Part shown: positions 52,158-61,460 of the stretch, piece after piece
Layout: each line of letters opens with the position of its first letter
How positions within the stretch are numbered: position 1 is the stretch's first letter
NCBI GenBank assembly: GCA_963806225.1
Contig: CAWDXG010000004.1
Span: 1,600,001 to 1,664,000, forward strand
Reading direction: 5' to 3'
Source: an uncultured delta proteobacterium
GTDB lineage: Bacteria > Myxococcota_A > Polyangia > Polyangiales > Polyangiaceae
Length of the DNA: 64,000 nt
The notes under the pieces: generated by a model
The model's database searches: none
Told to the model about the DNA's origin: nothing
The model's input: only the letters and a program-made list of their open reading frames with translations
Program-made: the position numbers and the translations under genes

Positions 52158-52232
52158 GGATCCTCCCGGAAGCAGAGATAGACGGCCGCGCACCGTGTGT
52201 GGAAAAAACGCGGTCCCAACCAGCAGTTTACC

Positions 52233-52865
52233 CTATTTCATCTTCTGGTAGGTGCCCATGAGCTCGCCTTTCGCCAGCACGTGGCCTCTTATCGCCTGCT
52301 CCAGGCGCGCCTTGTCCGGCCGGCCGAGGTCACCGAGCTCCACGTCCAGCGCGTAGATCTTGAAGAAATAGCGGTGCCGACCGATCGGCGGACAGGGTCC
52401 TCCGTAGCCGGCGTGCTTGAAATCGTTGACTCCCTCGTGGGTTCCGCCCGGCAGCTTGTGCACATTCTCGGATAGTGTGTGTGCTCCTGGGGGAATGTCG
52501 TACAGAACCCAGTGCACCCAGGTGCGCGTCGGAGCCTTGGGATCGGGCGCGTCGGGGTCGTCGACGATGAGCGCCAGGCTCTTGGTGCCCCCGGGCATTC
52601 CGCTCCAGCTGAGCTGTGGCGAGATGTTGTCGCCTTCGCAGGTGTACTTGGTGGGAATCGAACCCTGCGGGCTGAACGAACTGGATTGGAGCTGCATGGT
52701 TTTCGCCCCCTGGCCCGCAGGGTCGCCCGCCCCGGCGTGGACGACCGAGCTGGCGCTGGCCGCCTCGTCCGGCTTGTCCTTCCTGGGCGTGCAGGCTGCG
52801 CACGCAAGGACACTGCCCATGAGCAGCGAACCGACGAACAGTGTTCCGTAGTGAATCATGGCCAT
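52233..52865 (-). CDS. YbhB/YbcL (PEBP/RKIP) family protein with probable lipoprotein leader
   Basis: DDPDAP, WVHWV, YGGPCPP, HRYFF. Confidence 0.9.
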   Translation of the reverse strand: MAMIHYGTLFVGSLLMGSVLACAACTPRKDKPDEAASASSVVHAGAGDPAGQGAKTMQLQSSSFSPQGSIPTKYTCEGDNISPQLSWSGMPGGTKSLALIVDDPDAPDPKAPTRTWVHWVLYDIPPGAHTLSENVHKLPGGTHEGVNDFKHAGYGGPCPPIGRHRYFFKIYALDVELGDLGRPDKARLEQAIRGHVLAKGELMGTYQKMK

Positions 52866-52962
52866 TGCTCGGCCCAGACTGCGTCGCCTTCCCGGCGACG
52901 GCAACCCATCGCGCCCGTGCGGCTCGACAGCCGCGACCGTCCCGGGCAAGGTGCAGCGCGGA

Positions 52963-53400
52963 ATGCTCCTCGTGGACGCCACGCGGCGGCGCGTGACCCA
53001 GCTTCCGCTGCTGGCCGGCACCCTTGCCGCGATCCTGGCCATCGCACTGGCGGTCTCGTCGCGGAAGGCCGCCGACCGCACGGTCGCGCTGATCGCGCTT
53101 GCGGTGCTGGGAGTCTACGCCATCACAGAGATGCGCCGGGTGAGTCGCGACGACGACACCATCAGCGTTCGATCGCTGCTGCTTGCTGCGCGCTTTCCAG
53201 CCGCCGGCTGCCGCGTGCTGGTGCGGCAGCGCGGGCTGTGGAACGCGACCCGCATCGACATCGAGCTCCGACCGCCGCGCGGATGGCCGGTGAAGCTGGC
53301 GTCGTACCCTCCGCTCGGCCAAGGCCGGCCGCGGCACGCCGCCGAGCGCGTCGCGGAGGCATTGGGCGTGCAAGGCCCGGATCTGCCTTCCACACGCTAG
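52963..53400 (+). CDS. Hypothetical membrane protein (two TM segments plus small beta domain)
   Basis: Two hydrophobic helices; start uncertain. Confidence 0.5.
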   Translation: MLLVDATRRRVTQLPLLAGTLAAILAIALAVSSRKAADRTVALIALAVLGVYAITEMRRVSRDDDTISVRSLLLAARFPAAGCRVLVRQRGLWNATRIDIELRPPRGWPVKLASYPPLGQGRPRHAAERVAEALGVQGPDLPSTR

Positions 53401-53515
53401 CGCCGTAGCCCGAACCGCTGGCCGGCCTGGGTCCGGGCCCCGGCACGCCGACTAGGGGGGCGACGACGGGACTGCATTCGTGGCATTCCCGCTGGCTCAG
53501 CCAACAATTCCGATC

Positions 53516-54853
53516 ATGACCAGTACTCCCCGAAAGCGCCGGCGCATCCACCGGGTCGGCATCGTGTTCGCCGGTGGGCCGGCTCCGGCAGCCAATGCCG
53601 TGATCACCGCAGCAGCAACGTCGTTTCTCGAGAACGACCGCGAGGTGATCGGTTTCTTCCACGGCTACTCGCATCTGCAGGAGTACCACCCTGCCAGTCA
53701 TCGCCTGCTGCCGGACGAGCATTTCCGCGTCTTCGAGGAGCGCGACCTGCGAGGCAAGCGCAATGCGCGCGGCATCATGATCGGAACGGCACGCGCGAAT
53801 CCGGGCAAGGGTATCGACTGCCCGGCAGACCTCGACGACCACGACAAGACCGCACGCCTGCGCAAGGTGTACAACGCGCTGGTCGACCTCGAGCTCGACG
53901 CGCTCATCTCGATCGGCGGCGACGACACGCTGAAGACCGCCAACTTCCTGTACGAATACCAGAAACGGCTACCGGAAGAAGCCCCGCGGGTGCGCATCGT
54001 GCATCTGCCCAAGACGATCGACAACGACTACCGCGGCATCGATTTCACGTTCGGCTTCTTCACCGCGGTCGACGTGATGGCCAAGGAGCTACAGAACCTG
54101 CGCGCCGACGCCATCGCGACGGCCAGCTACTACATCGTCGAGACGATGGGACGCAAAGCCGGCTGGCTCTCCTATGGCGTCGCCATAGCCGGAGAGGCCA
54201 ACCTGGTGCTGGCGCCGGAGGACGTGGCGGGAGCACTCGCCATCGAGGTCGAGGTGACGGACCCGGATACCGGGGAGAAGCGCAAGGAGCAGCGCTTGTC
54301 GCTGCAGGCGCTCGCCGATCGTATCGTGGATCTGATCATCACCCGCGAACGCCGCGGCAAGCACTACGGCACGGTCGTCCTGGCCGAAGGCCTGGCCGAG
54401 GCGCTGCCGGACGAGCACGTCGAGGGAGTGCCCCACGACGAGCATGGCCACATCTCGCTGGGACGCGTCGATCTCGGCAAGTTCATCGCCGAGGTCGTCA
54501 GCGAACGCTACGAAGAGCGCACCGGCAAGAAGAAGAAGCTCACCGGCGTGCAGCTCGGCTACGAGTCACGTTGCTCGCCGCCGCACGCGTTCGACGTGAT
54601 GCTCGGTAGCCAGCTCGGCATCGGCGCCTACCGCGCGCTGGTCGAGGAAGGGCTGGACGGCCACATGGTCAGCGTCAGCGGTCAGCTCGACCTCATGTAC
54701 GTGCCGTTCAAGGAACTGGTGAATCCGGAGACGCTGCGCACCGACGTACGCTTCATCGAGCCGAACAGCGACTTCCACCGGCTGGCGCGCTTCCTCGAGA
54801 CACGGGTCGACCAGATCGAGGACTGGAGCACCGGCCCCCGCCCCGAGGACTGA
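53516..54853 (+). CDS. 6-phosphofructokinase, probably PPi-dependent
   Basis: GGPAP, GGDDT, PKTIDND, MGR, AEG, GYESR. Confidence 0.88.
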   Translation: MTSTPRKRRRIHRVGIVFAGGPAPAANAVITAAATSFLENDREVIGFFHGYSHLQEYHPASHRLLPDEHFRVFEERDLRGKRNARGIMIGTARANPGKGIDCPADLDDHDKTARLRKVYNALVDLELDALISIGGDDTLKTANFLYEYQKRLPEEAPRVRIVHLPKTIDNDYRGIDFTFGFFTAVDVMAKELQNLRADAIATASYYIVETMGRKAGWLSYGVAIAGEANLVLAPEDVAGALAIEVEVTDPDTGEKRKEQRLSLQALADRIVDLIITRERRGKHYGTVVLAEGLAEALPDEHVEGVPHDEHGHISLGRVDLGKFIAEVVSERYEERTGKKKKLTGVQLGYESRCSPPHAFDVMLGSQLGIGAYRALVEEGLDGHMVSVSGQLDLMYVPFKELVNPETLRTDVRFIEPNSDFHRLARFLETRVDQIEDWSTGPRPED

Positions 54854-54953
54854 GCGGCCTCCCCGCGCAGCGTCATCCCTCCGTACGTGGCCCGGCTCTT
54901 GCTACGGGGCCTGTGGGGCGTGCCCGCCGGAAGCGGGAACGAGGAGGGACCAC

Positions 54954-55408
54954 ATGACTGTAGCAATTGCGTGTCATGACGTGATGAAGCCCGAGGTGTT
55001 CACCTGCGGACCCGGAAACGTTCGATCCGGGCGTGCGCGAAGCTCATGGCGGAGCACAGCGTCGGCATCGTGCCCGTCGTCGAGGACAACGGCCGGCTCG
55101 CGGGGGTGGTCACCGATCGCGACATTGCCGTGCGTGCCGTCGCGCAGGGGCGAGCGGCAGAGAGTACCGTCGCCGCGATCATGACGCGCGACGTCGTCAC
55201 GTGCCGCCAGGACGACTCGCTGCACCACGTCGAGGAAAGGCTCACACAGGCCCGGAAGTCGCGGATCGTGGTCATCGACTCGTGGAACAACCCGGTCGGC
55301 ATCGTGAGCCTGTCGGACATCGGTCGCGTGGAGGACGCAGCCCGCGCCGGAGAGGTGTTCAAGGCCGTCGTGACACGCGAGGCCACGGGACTCCTGGCGC
55401 GGAAATAG
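54954..55408 (+). CDS. CBS domain protein, frameshift near 55015
   Basis: DVMKPEVFTC then SIRACAKLMAEHSVGIVPVV..GVVTDRDI; GAGGAGG RBS. Confidence 0.85.
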
Positions 55409-55557
55409 CGGTCAACCGCCGCTGGCCGGAACGCGGCGACGCAGCGAAAGCGTTTCGTGCGCTTCGATACCGGAACGCAGGGACTGCGCGCCGGCTTGCG
55501 CACCGGAAGCCCTCTCACCGACAAGCCTTCCGACCCGGCACGCGCGAGGCCGATCGA

Positions 55558-55577
55558 TCGTGGAGCCAGCTTCCGGA
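55558..55577. repeat. att-like direct repeat tcgtggagccagcttccgga (copy of tRNA-Thr 3' end)
   Basis: Identical 20 bp at 59396-59415. Confidence 0.88.
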
Positions 55578-55617
55578 GCGGCAGCCGCTGGTCTGTGGGT
55601 TCGCGGCGTGAGGGCTC

Positions 55618-56592
55618 TCAGTCTTCGAGCCAGATCAGACCAACGTCCAGCTCCCTTCCGCACCCGTAGGAGGGGACCTCCACCATCTTGGTCGCCGTTT
55701 CGGCGCGTGAGCCGTCTTCCCAGCCGTTGAGCACCAGGATCTTCTCGTGGCCCTTGTTGGACGCGTCGTAGCCGACTGCCAGAACATAGTGCCACTTGGT
55801 GCACCGACCGCCAATGTCGACCTGGCGATCGTTGATCAGCATGATGGTCGGATACCCGGCATCGATGTTCTTGATGATCTGCTGGATGATCTTCTCGTGG
55901 CCGCGGAGCGCCTGCATTCGCTCCACCTCGAGCTTGTCCTTGTATCCGCGGTCCTTGACCCACTGCTTGATGCCGGCCTTGGCGAATTTGGCCGGGGTTG
56001 CGGTACCCTTGTCGCCGAAGCTGATGGCGTTCATCTTCCTCATCAGCTGACGAACGGTTGCGGTCGGCTTCGTCGCGCCGTTGTAGCCGCTGTCGATGAT
56101 CAGCTTGTTGTAGCCCTTGCCTTGCCAGTAGCTCATCAGCATCGCGCCAGCGACGGGCGCGCACCCCTCGAGCTTGCACGACTGGCGGCAATTGTTCCGG
56201 CATGCCCCAGTCTTGCAGGACTTGTTGCACCGCTTGCGCGCCTCGCACTCCTGGTTGACGGATGTTTGATCGATCGGCTGGATATTGGCGAGGACCGTGC
56301 GTCCGGCGCCCTGGACGCACGCCACGTAGTCCTGCCCCTTGCCGCCGAACTTCCTGCCGCGGATCCAGCCCTTTCCGCAGCCCGCGAGCCGCGCCTTGAT
56401 CACCTTGCAGCTTTCGCCTGCTCGCCGTCGCTCTGCACAATACTGTTCAGCGGCCTGCTTGTTTTTCGCCGACTCGCACTTCCGGTCGCACCCCGCCTCG
56501 GCTGTGCTCACTCCACCGGGGAGCGACAGGCTTGCCAGCGAGAAGGCAGACATCGCCAGCGCAACGGTCAGCACCTTTCCTGGAACAGACAT
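55618..56592 (-). CDS. Secreted papain-fold cysteine peptidase (C39/C10-like) with Cys-rich N-terminus
   Basis: Signal peptide; GCAPVAGAMLMSYW, HYVLAVGY, VLNGW (Cys-His-Asn order). Confidence 0.72.
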   Translation of the reverse strand: MSVPGKVLTVALAMSAFSLASLSLPGGVSTAEAGCDRKCESAKNKQAAEQYCAERRRAGESCKVIKARLAGCGKGWIRGRKFGGKGQDYVACVQGAGRTVLANIQPIDQTSVNQECEARKRCNKSCKTGACRNNCRQSCKLEGCAPVAGAMLMSYWQGKGYNKLIIDSGYNGATKPTATVRQLMRKMNAISFGDKGTATPAKFAKAGIKQWVKDRGYKDKLEVERMQALRGHEKIIQQIIKNIDAGYPTIMLINDRQVDIGGRCTKWHYVLAVGYDASNKGHEKILVLNGWEDGSRAETATKMVEVPSYGCGRELDVGLIWLED

Positions 56593-56805
56593 GAGTCACT
56601 CCCCTCCATCCAGTGTGTGGCGGGTCGGAGCGCCCCCACAGGACCGCCCCGGACCGCGATGCCACCCTTGATTCGCGTTCGGCGTAGCCAACGTGCTGCG
56701 CCAGCTTCCCCAGCCACTTCCAGGCTGCCGGGCCCCCGCGGGATTGTCAACGCGTCGCGCTTCCGGGATGACCGCGGTCAACAGATCGTGCGCCGCACCT
56801 ACGCG

Positions 56806-57000
56806 CTACGGACTGATTCGCGACGGCTGCGCATAGGCCTCGAGCGCGTCTCGATCCGGTTCGAGCACGAAGCCGGAATGGATGACCGCGTCCGCTGCGG
56901 CGTCGTGCTGCTGCTGGTACGCGGCCCGCTTCGGGTAGAGCTCCGCGAGGCGCGTGCCCGGCAGCGGCTCGGTGGACCCGGGTAACCTACACAAGAGGTC
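56806..57000 (-). pseudogene. C-terminal remnant of an alpha/beta hydrolase-domain protein
   Basis: GSTEPLPGTRLAELYPKRAAY..AADAVIHSGFVLEPD resembles that family's C-terminal helices; no N-terminal part present. Confidence 0.55.
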
Positions 57001-57109
57001 GTTCTTCGGTCCGCAGGATGACGGGCTTGCTGCGGATGCAGCAGGCTGGCGCAGCAAGGCTCGCGCCGCGCTGGCGGCTGTCAGGCGGGCTCCGTCCCGC
57101 CGGTGCAAC

Positions 57110-57373
57110 GTGCTCCACGCGATCTCCTATAGAAGCTCCGTCCAGTGTCCAGAATGCCTGCAACCGGTTCCGGTGAACCACTTGCCACCGGTCATGCTGT
57201 GCTCCCACTGCCAGGCGACGGTCGATCTGGTGCAGCGGGGGCGTGCCTCGATCGCGAGGGCTAAGGGGTCCTGCAGACGGTGGCCTGGAACGTGCCGCGG
57301 AGCGCGGCGTGGCGGCGACTGCTCTTGCGCGACTGCACGACCGCACGGCCTTCGACCTTGCCGCCGGGCTTGA
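57110..57373 (+). pseudogene. Zinc-ribbon N-terminal gene fragment
   Basis: CPEC...CSHC pair, after which the frame becomes antisense of the next gene. Confidence 0.4.
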
Positions 57374-59160
57374 ATGCGATGGAGTCGAACTGGATCCAGG
57401 CCGCATCGGCGTAGCTATCGAGCCCTTCGACGCGCGCGGGCTGCGGGGTGCCGAATAGCGGCGCGCCACTGTTGCTTCCGCCGGGAAAATCGAGACGGAG
57501 GAATGGATGAAGACTCGCGCACGTGGCGTGGGCATCGTCGAAGAAATCGACCGAATAGACGACGTCCGTGCCGTTCGCCTTCTCGCGCGACATCGACGCG
57601 TAGGCGACCTTGTACTTGTACGGAGCGCCGCCGATGGTTCCGCCAAGCGGCTTGTCCGGAGCCGTGGTGGGCAGGTTGTCCAGAGCGTCGAGCGCCGCCG
57701 GCTCGTCCACGCACAGCTGGACGGAGAATTCGCCGTCGACGGCGATCGGCTGGACGGGCGGGTGCTTGCCAACGTCGTCCTGGTACTTGAACGCCGCGTG
57801 CAGCGTACCGCGCAGGGTCGAGAAATCCGCAAGCGGCACCTGCTTCATGACGGCTTCCGCCTGGTCGCGCCAGAGCGCGACGGGTTGGATCGTGTGGCGG
57901 TCGAACGCCGGCGACCAGAGGTGGAGCGCGACGCCCACGTGTTGTCCCACGTAGAATTTCGACCCGGGCCCCGGGGGCACGAGGAAGGAGATGGCCGCTC
58001 CTCCATTGCGTGTCGGACCGGAGTCGGATCCCACGGCACTGCAGGCGAGATCGGCGGTGTCCGCGAGCGAGATCCAGACGCCCTCCGGTCGCAGACGCGC
58101 GCGGCCGTAGGCCAGCTTCATGGTCTTGCCGCTGACCGTCAGCTTGACGTCGGAACATCGACGGCACCTGCTCGCTCTCGTCCTTGGGGCAGACCTTGGC
58201 GGTGAAGTGCCCGCCCGCCACGCCTTGCTGCTGCGGTCCCGCGTTCGACGCGCTGTGGATCGAAAACGTGCCCTCCAGTTGCTTGCCGAACTGCCAGTCT
58301 CCCTTGTCGAACTGGACCCAACCGTCCGGAGGCGCAGGCGACCCCGATGGCCCCGGGACGTCGCCGAAGGTCAGGAGTGGCCCGCTCGCAGAGGCGCCTT
58401 TCAGCGACGCTTCGGCAGGCAGTGGCCGTCCCAGGGGCGCCGCCTTGCCGAGCGTACCGCCAATGTCCACCGAGAGGGCGAACGGCTCGACTCCAATCGA
58501 CACGGGGCTTGCCGCGCGGTGGGCCGATGCGTAGCAGGAGACGCGCTTGTCTCGCGAGAACAGCAGGCTGTCGACGAAGCGCTGGCCGTTGGCGTCCACG
58601 CCCACGGTGGCGATTGCCGAAGCGTAGCTGTGCGTCTTGCCCGCGAGGCTGGCGCTGACCTTTCCGGCGGGAGTCGCGAGCTTGCGCGATGCCGGAACGC
58701 TGCAGATCGGAACATCGAATCTGCCCCGCGCCGCAACTTTCTTCGATGGCACGTCGAATTCGACGCTGCCTGTCATGCGTTTGCCCGGCTGCGCCTGGAA
58801 CGCTTCGATGCGGGCAGTCGGAAAGCGATGCGGCACACCGACGACGGTCGAGCCCTGCTCCGCTATCGTCGTGTACCCCACCCGGTTTCCTGCGAAGAAG
58901 TGCCCGTCGCGACCCGGAGGGAGCAGCAGCCACAGGCTGGCCGCACCGTCTGGAGCGCGCTGTTGCTTGCACGACACCGGCTGTGCCGATAGCTCGAGCG
59001 CGAGCGCGTCGCCCTGGCGCCTGGCCCAACCGTAGAGGAGCTTGTGCTTCGCTCCAGCGAGCTCGAACTCCACGTTCGACCGCGGGGTGTTGTGGTGGCA
59101 GCCAGCCACCGTCACGCACGCGATCGCCAGCGCAGCCAACCACGCCCGGTTTCTCGACAT
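57261..59160 (-). CDS. Hypothetical lipoprotein of four related beta-rich modules, probable frameshift near 58150
   Basis: VAGC lipobox; four units each ending G.F....C; units 3-4 are ORF 57261..58121. Confidence 0.6.
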
Positions 59161-59398
59161 ACCCCGGTCGTCCTTCCGCCACCAAGGCGTGTCAACGACA
59201 TTGACATCACGCCACGACATCCCGGGAGCTGCGGTCGCGGTTTGCCGGGGGGCCCACGTCTTGCGGCGTCATCCCGGTCCCGCGACCGTGATCCCGATGA
59301 CCTGTGAGCCTGTGTCCCACCGGGACACTGTGTCCCGCTCTCTCTGTCCCCTCGCCTCCTCGCTCGATCGCGAAAGAGGCCTTCTTGATGCTGCTTCG

Positions 59399-59474
59399 TG
59401 GAGCCAGCTTCCGGACTTGAACCGGAGACCTGCGGTTTACGAAACCGCTGCTCTACCAACTGAGCTAAGCTGGC
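59399..59474 (-). tRNA. tRNA-Thr(CGT)
   Basis: GCCAGCTTAGCTCAGTTGGTAGAGCAGCGGTTTCGTAAACCGCAGGTCTCCGGTTCAAGTCCGGAAGCTGGCTCCA; cloverleaf with encoded CCA. Confidence 0.97.
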
Positions 59475-59565
59475 GCTTACAGGGGGCGGGAGCATACGCG
59501 GGGCGCCCTCCGAGTCAAGCCGGACGGCAGCCCCCGCCGCCACGCGAAAGCAGCCCGGGGCTGAT

Positions 59566-59829
59566 ATGATGGCCGCTGTGAAACGGCCGCTTTCGCTCTG
59601 GCTTGCGCTCGGAGCTGGTCTCTCGTTGCTGGGCGGCTGCGTGCTCGGCAGCGAGCAGCCGCCAGGCTGCCGGGTGGACCACCCGGACGACTGCGATCCG
59701 GGTTTCGTGTGTCGCGCCGGCGCGTGTTTCCGCTACAACAACGAAGCCGGCAAGCCCATCGACCCTTCCAGGGACGGCGGTGCGGACGCCGCCACACCGG
59801 ATGCCACCGCCGATGCCACCGCCGGATAG
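59566..59829 (+). CDS. Small Cys-rich lipoprotein
   Basis: LGGC lipobox; CRVDHPDDCDPGFVCRAGAC; DA-rich tail. Confidence 0.65.
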   Translation: MMAAVKRPLSLWLALGAGLSLLGGCVLGSEQPPGCRVDHPDDCDPGFVCRAGACFRYNNEAGKPIDPSRDGGADAATPDATADATAG

Positions 59830-61057
59830 CAGCGACACGAGCGGGAGCCACGCGCCCGTCGCCGGGTTCCAGTTCTCGGCGGCCTCCGCCGGCATCCGCC
59901 GGGACGGCCGCGAGGACGTCGCACTGGCCGTCGCGGACGCGTCTGCGGTCGTGGCCGGCATGCTCACGAGGAATCTGGTCCGGGCCGCTCCGGTCGACAT
60001 CGTCGCCGAGCGGCTGCAGGCGGGGAGCGCGCGCGCGATACTCGTCAACAGCGGCTGTGCCAACGCCTGCACCGGGCAGGCGGGGTTCGAGGCGACGCTC
60101 GCGTCCTGCGCCGCCGTCGCCCGCGAGCTGGGAATCGCCGAGCAGGAGGTGCTACCCGCATCCACCGGCGTGATCGGCGCGCTCCTGCCCGCCGAGCGCA
60201 TTGCCGCACGGGCGGGCGAGCTCGTCGCCGGACTGGCCCCAGGAGGCTTCCCCGGGTTCGCTCGCGCCATCGGAACCACCGATCGCTGGGAGAAGATCGC
60301 CCGGCGAACCATCAACGTGGCCGGCGGACAGGTGAGCGTTCTCGGCATCGCCAAAGGCGCCGGCATGATCCACCCGGACCTCGCTCCGGCGCGCGCGAGC
60401 AAAGCCCCGGCCGGTCCGCCCCACGCCACCATGCTGGCGTTCCTCTTCACCGATGCTGCCATCGGCCGCGACGAGCTCGAGCGCGCCCTGGCCGGCGCGG
60501 TGGACCGCAGCTTCAACGCCTGCAGCGTCGACGGTGACACGAGCACGAACGACTGCGTGCTGGCTCTGGCGTCCGGCGCGTCGCAGCTCGCGCTGGGCGC
60601 GAGCGACCTCGGGCCCGCGCTCGGCGAGGTGTGCAGCGAGCTGGCGCGTTCGATGGTCGCCGACGGCGAAGGCGCCGAGCATGTTGCCGAAATCCGCGTC
60701 GTGGGGCTCCCGAGCGAGCAGGAGGCGCGCCTCGTCGCGCGCACCGTGGCCACCTCCCTGCTCGTCAAGACGGCGCTCTACGGTCGGGATGCCAACTGGG
60801 GACGGCTTCTGGGAGCAGCGGGGCGCGCCGGCGTGGCTTTCGATCCTGCTCGCGCGCGGATTTCCATCGGCGGCATCGAGATCGTGCGCGCCGGCGTGGG
60901 CGTCGGAGGCGACGCCGAGAAGCGCGCCGCGGCGGTCATGGCCGGCAAGAGCTACGTGATCGAGCTCGGCCTCGGCGACGGCCCGGGCAGCTTCAGCTAC
61001 CTGACCAGCGACCTCGGCCACGGCTACGTCGACGTCAACGCGGGCTACCGGTCGTGA
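59813..61057 (+). CDS. argJ: Ornithine acetyltransferase / N-acetylglutamate synthase ArgJ
   Basis: NSGCANACTG, STGVIG, TTD, KGAGMIHP, ATML, DGDTSTND, DGEGA, DANWGR. Confidence 0.94.
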   Translation: MPPPDSSDTSGSHAPVAGFQFSAASAGIRRDGREDVALAVADASAVVAGMLTRNLVRAAPVDIVAERLQAGSARAILVNSGCANACTGQAGFEATLASCAAVARELGIAEQEVLPASTGVIGALLPAERIAARAGELVAGLAPGGFPGFARAIGTTDRWEKIARRTINVAGGQVSVLGIAKGAGMIHPDLAPARASKAPAGPPHATMLAFLFTDAAIGRDELERALAGAVDRSFNACSVDGDTSTNDCVLALASGASQLALGASDLGPALGEVCSELARSMVADGEGAEHVAEIRVVGLPSEQEARLVARTVATSLLVKTALYGRDANWGRLLGAAGRAGVAFDPARARISIGGIEIVRAGVGVGGDAEKRAAAVMAGKSYVIELGLGDGPGSFSYLTSDLGHGYVDVNAGYRS

Positions 61058-61416
61058 TCCGGGCCGCGAGCTTCCGTCCACTCGTGCTCGGCCTGCTGCT
61101 GGCGGCGGCACCCTGCGCCTGCGGCCCGATGCGCGGGACCATCGGCGCGGTGCTGGGCCAGACCCAGGACGGACGGCTCTTCGTGCGGGAGGTGCCGCCG
61201 GATCTGGCCGCCGCCAAGGCCGGGCTGCGCCCCGACGACCAGATCCTGCTGATCGACGGCAAGGACGTACGCATGCTGAGCACCAAGCAGATCCACCAGG
61301 CGCTTTCCGGGGACGTGGGCGACAAGGTCAAGCTGACCGTGCTCCGCGGCGAGCAGGTCGTCCGCGTGACGCTGGCGCGTTCGGCCGCGCCGCCCCTCGG
61401 CCACGCGGCTCGCTGA
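61054..61416 (+). CDS. PDZ domain protein, probable lipoprotein
   Basis: GTIGAVL, AAKAGLRPDDQILLIDG, GDKVKLTVLR; GTGA overlap with argJ. Confidence 0.8.
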   Translation: MIRAASFRPLVLGLLLAAAPCACGPMRGTIGAVLGQTQDGRLFVREVPPDLAAAKAGLRPDDQILLIDGKDVRMLSTKQIHQALSGDVGDKVKLTVLRGEQVVRVTLARSAAPPLGHAAR

Positions 61417-61460
61417 ACGGGCCCTCCCCTTGCGGCGCACGCTGCGCTAGCGTCGCCGGC

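Larger units (their letters stand above)
55558..59415. mobile_element. Small tRNA-Thr-integrated genomic island / remnant without integrase
   Basis: Flanking 20-bp direct repeat overlapping the tRNA 3' end; contains gene fragments and orphan secreted proteins. Confidence 0.72.
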
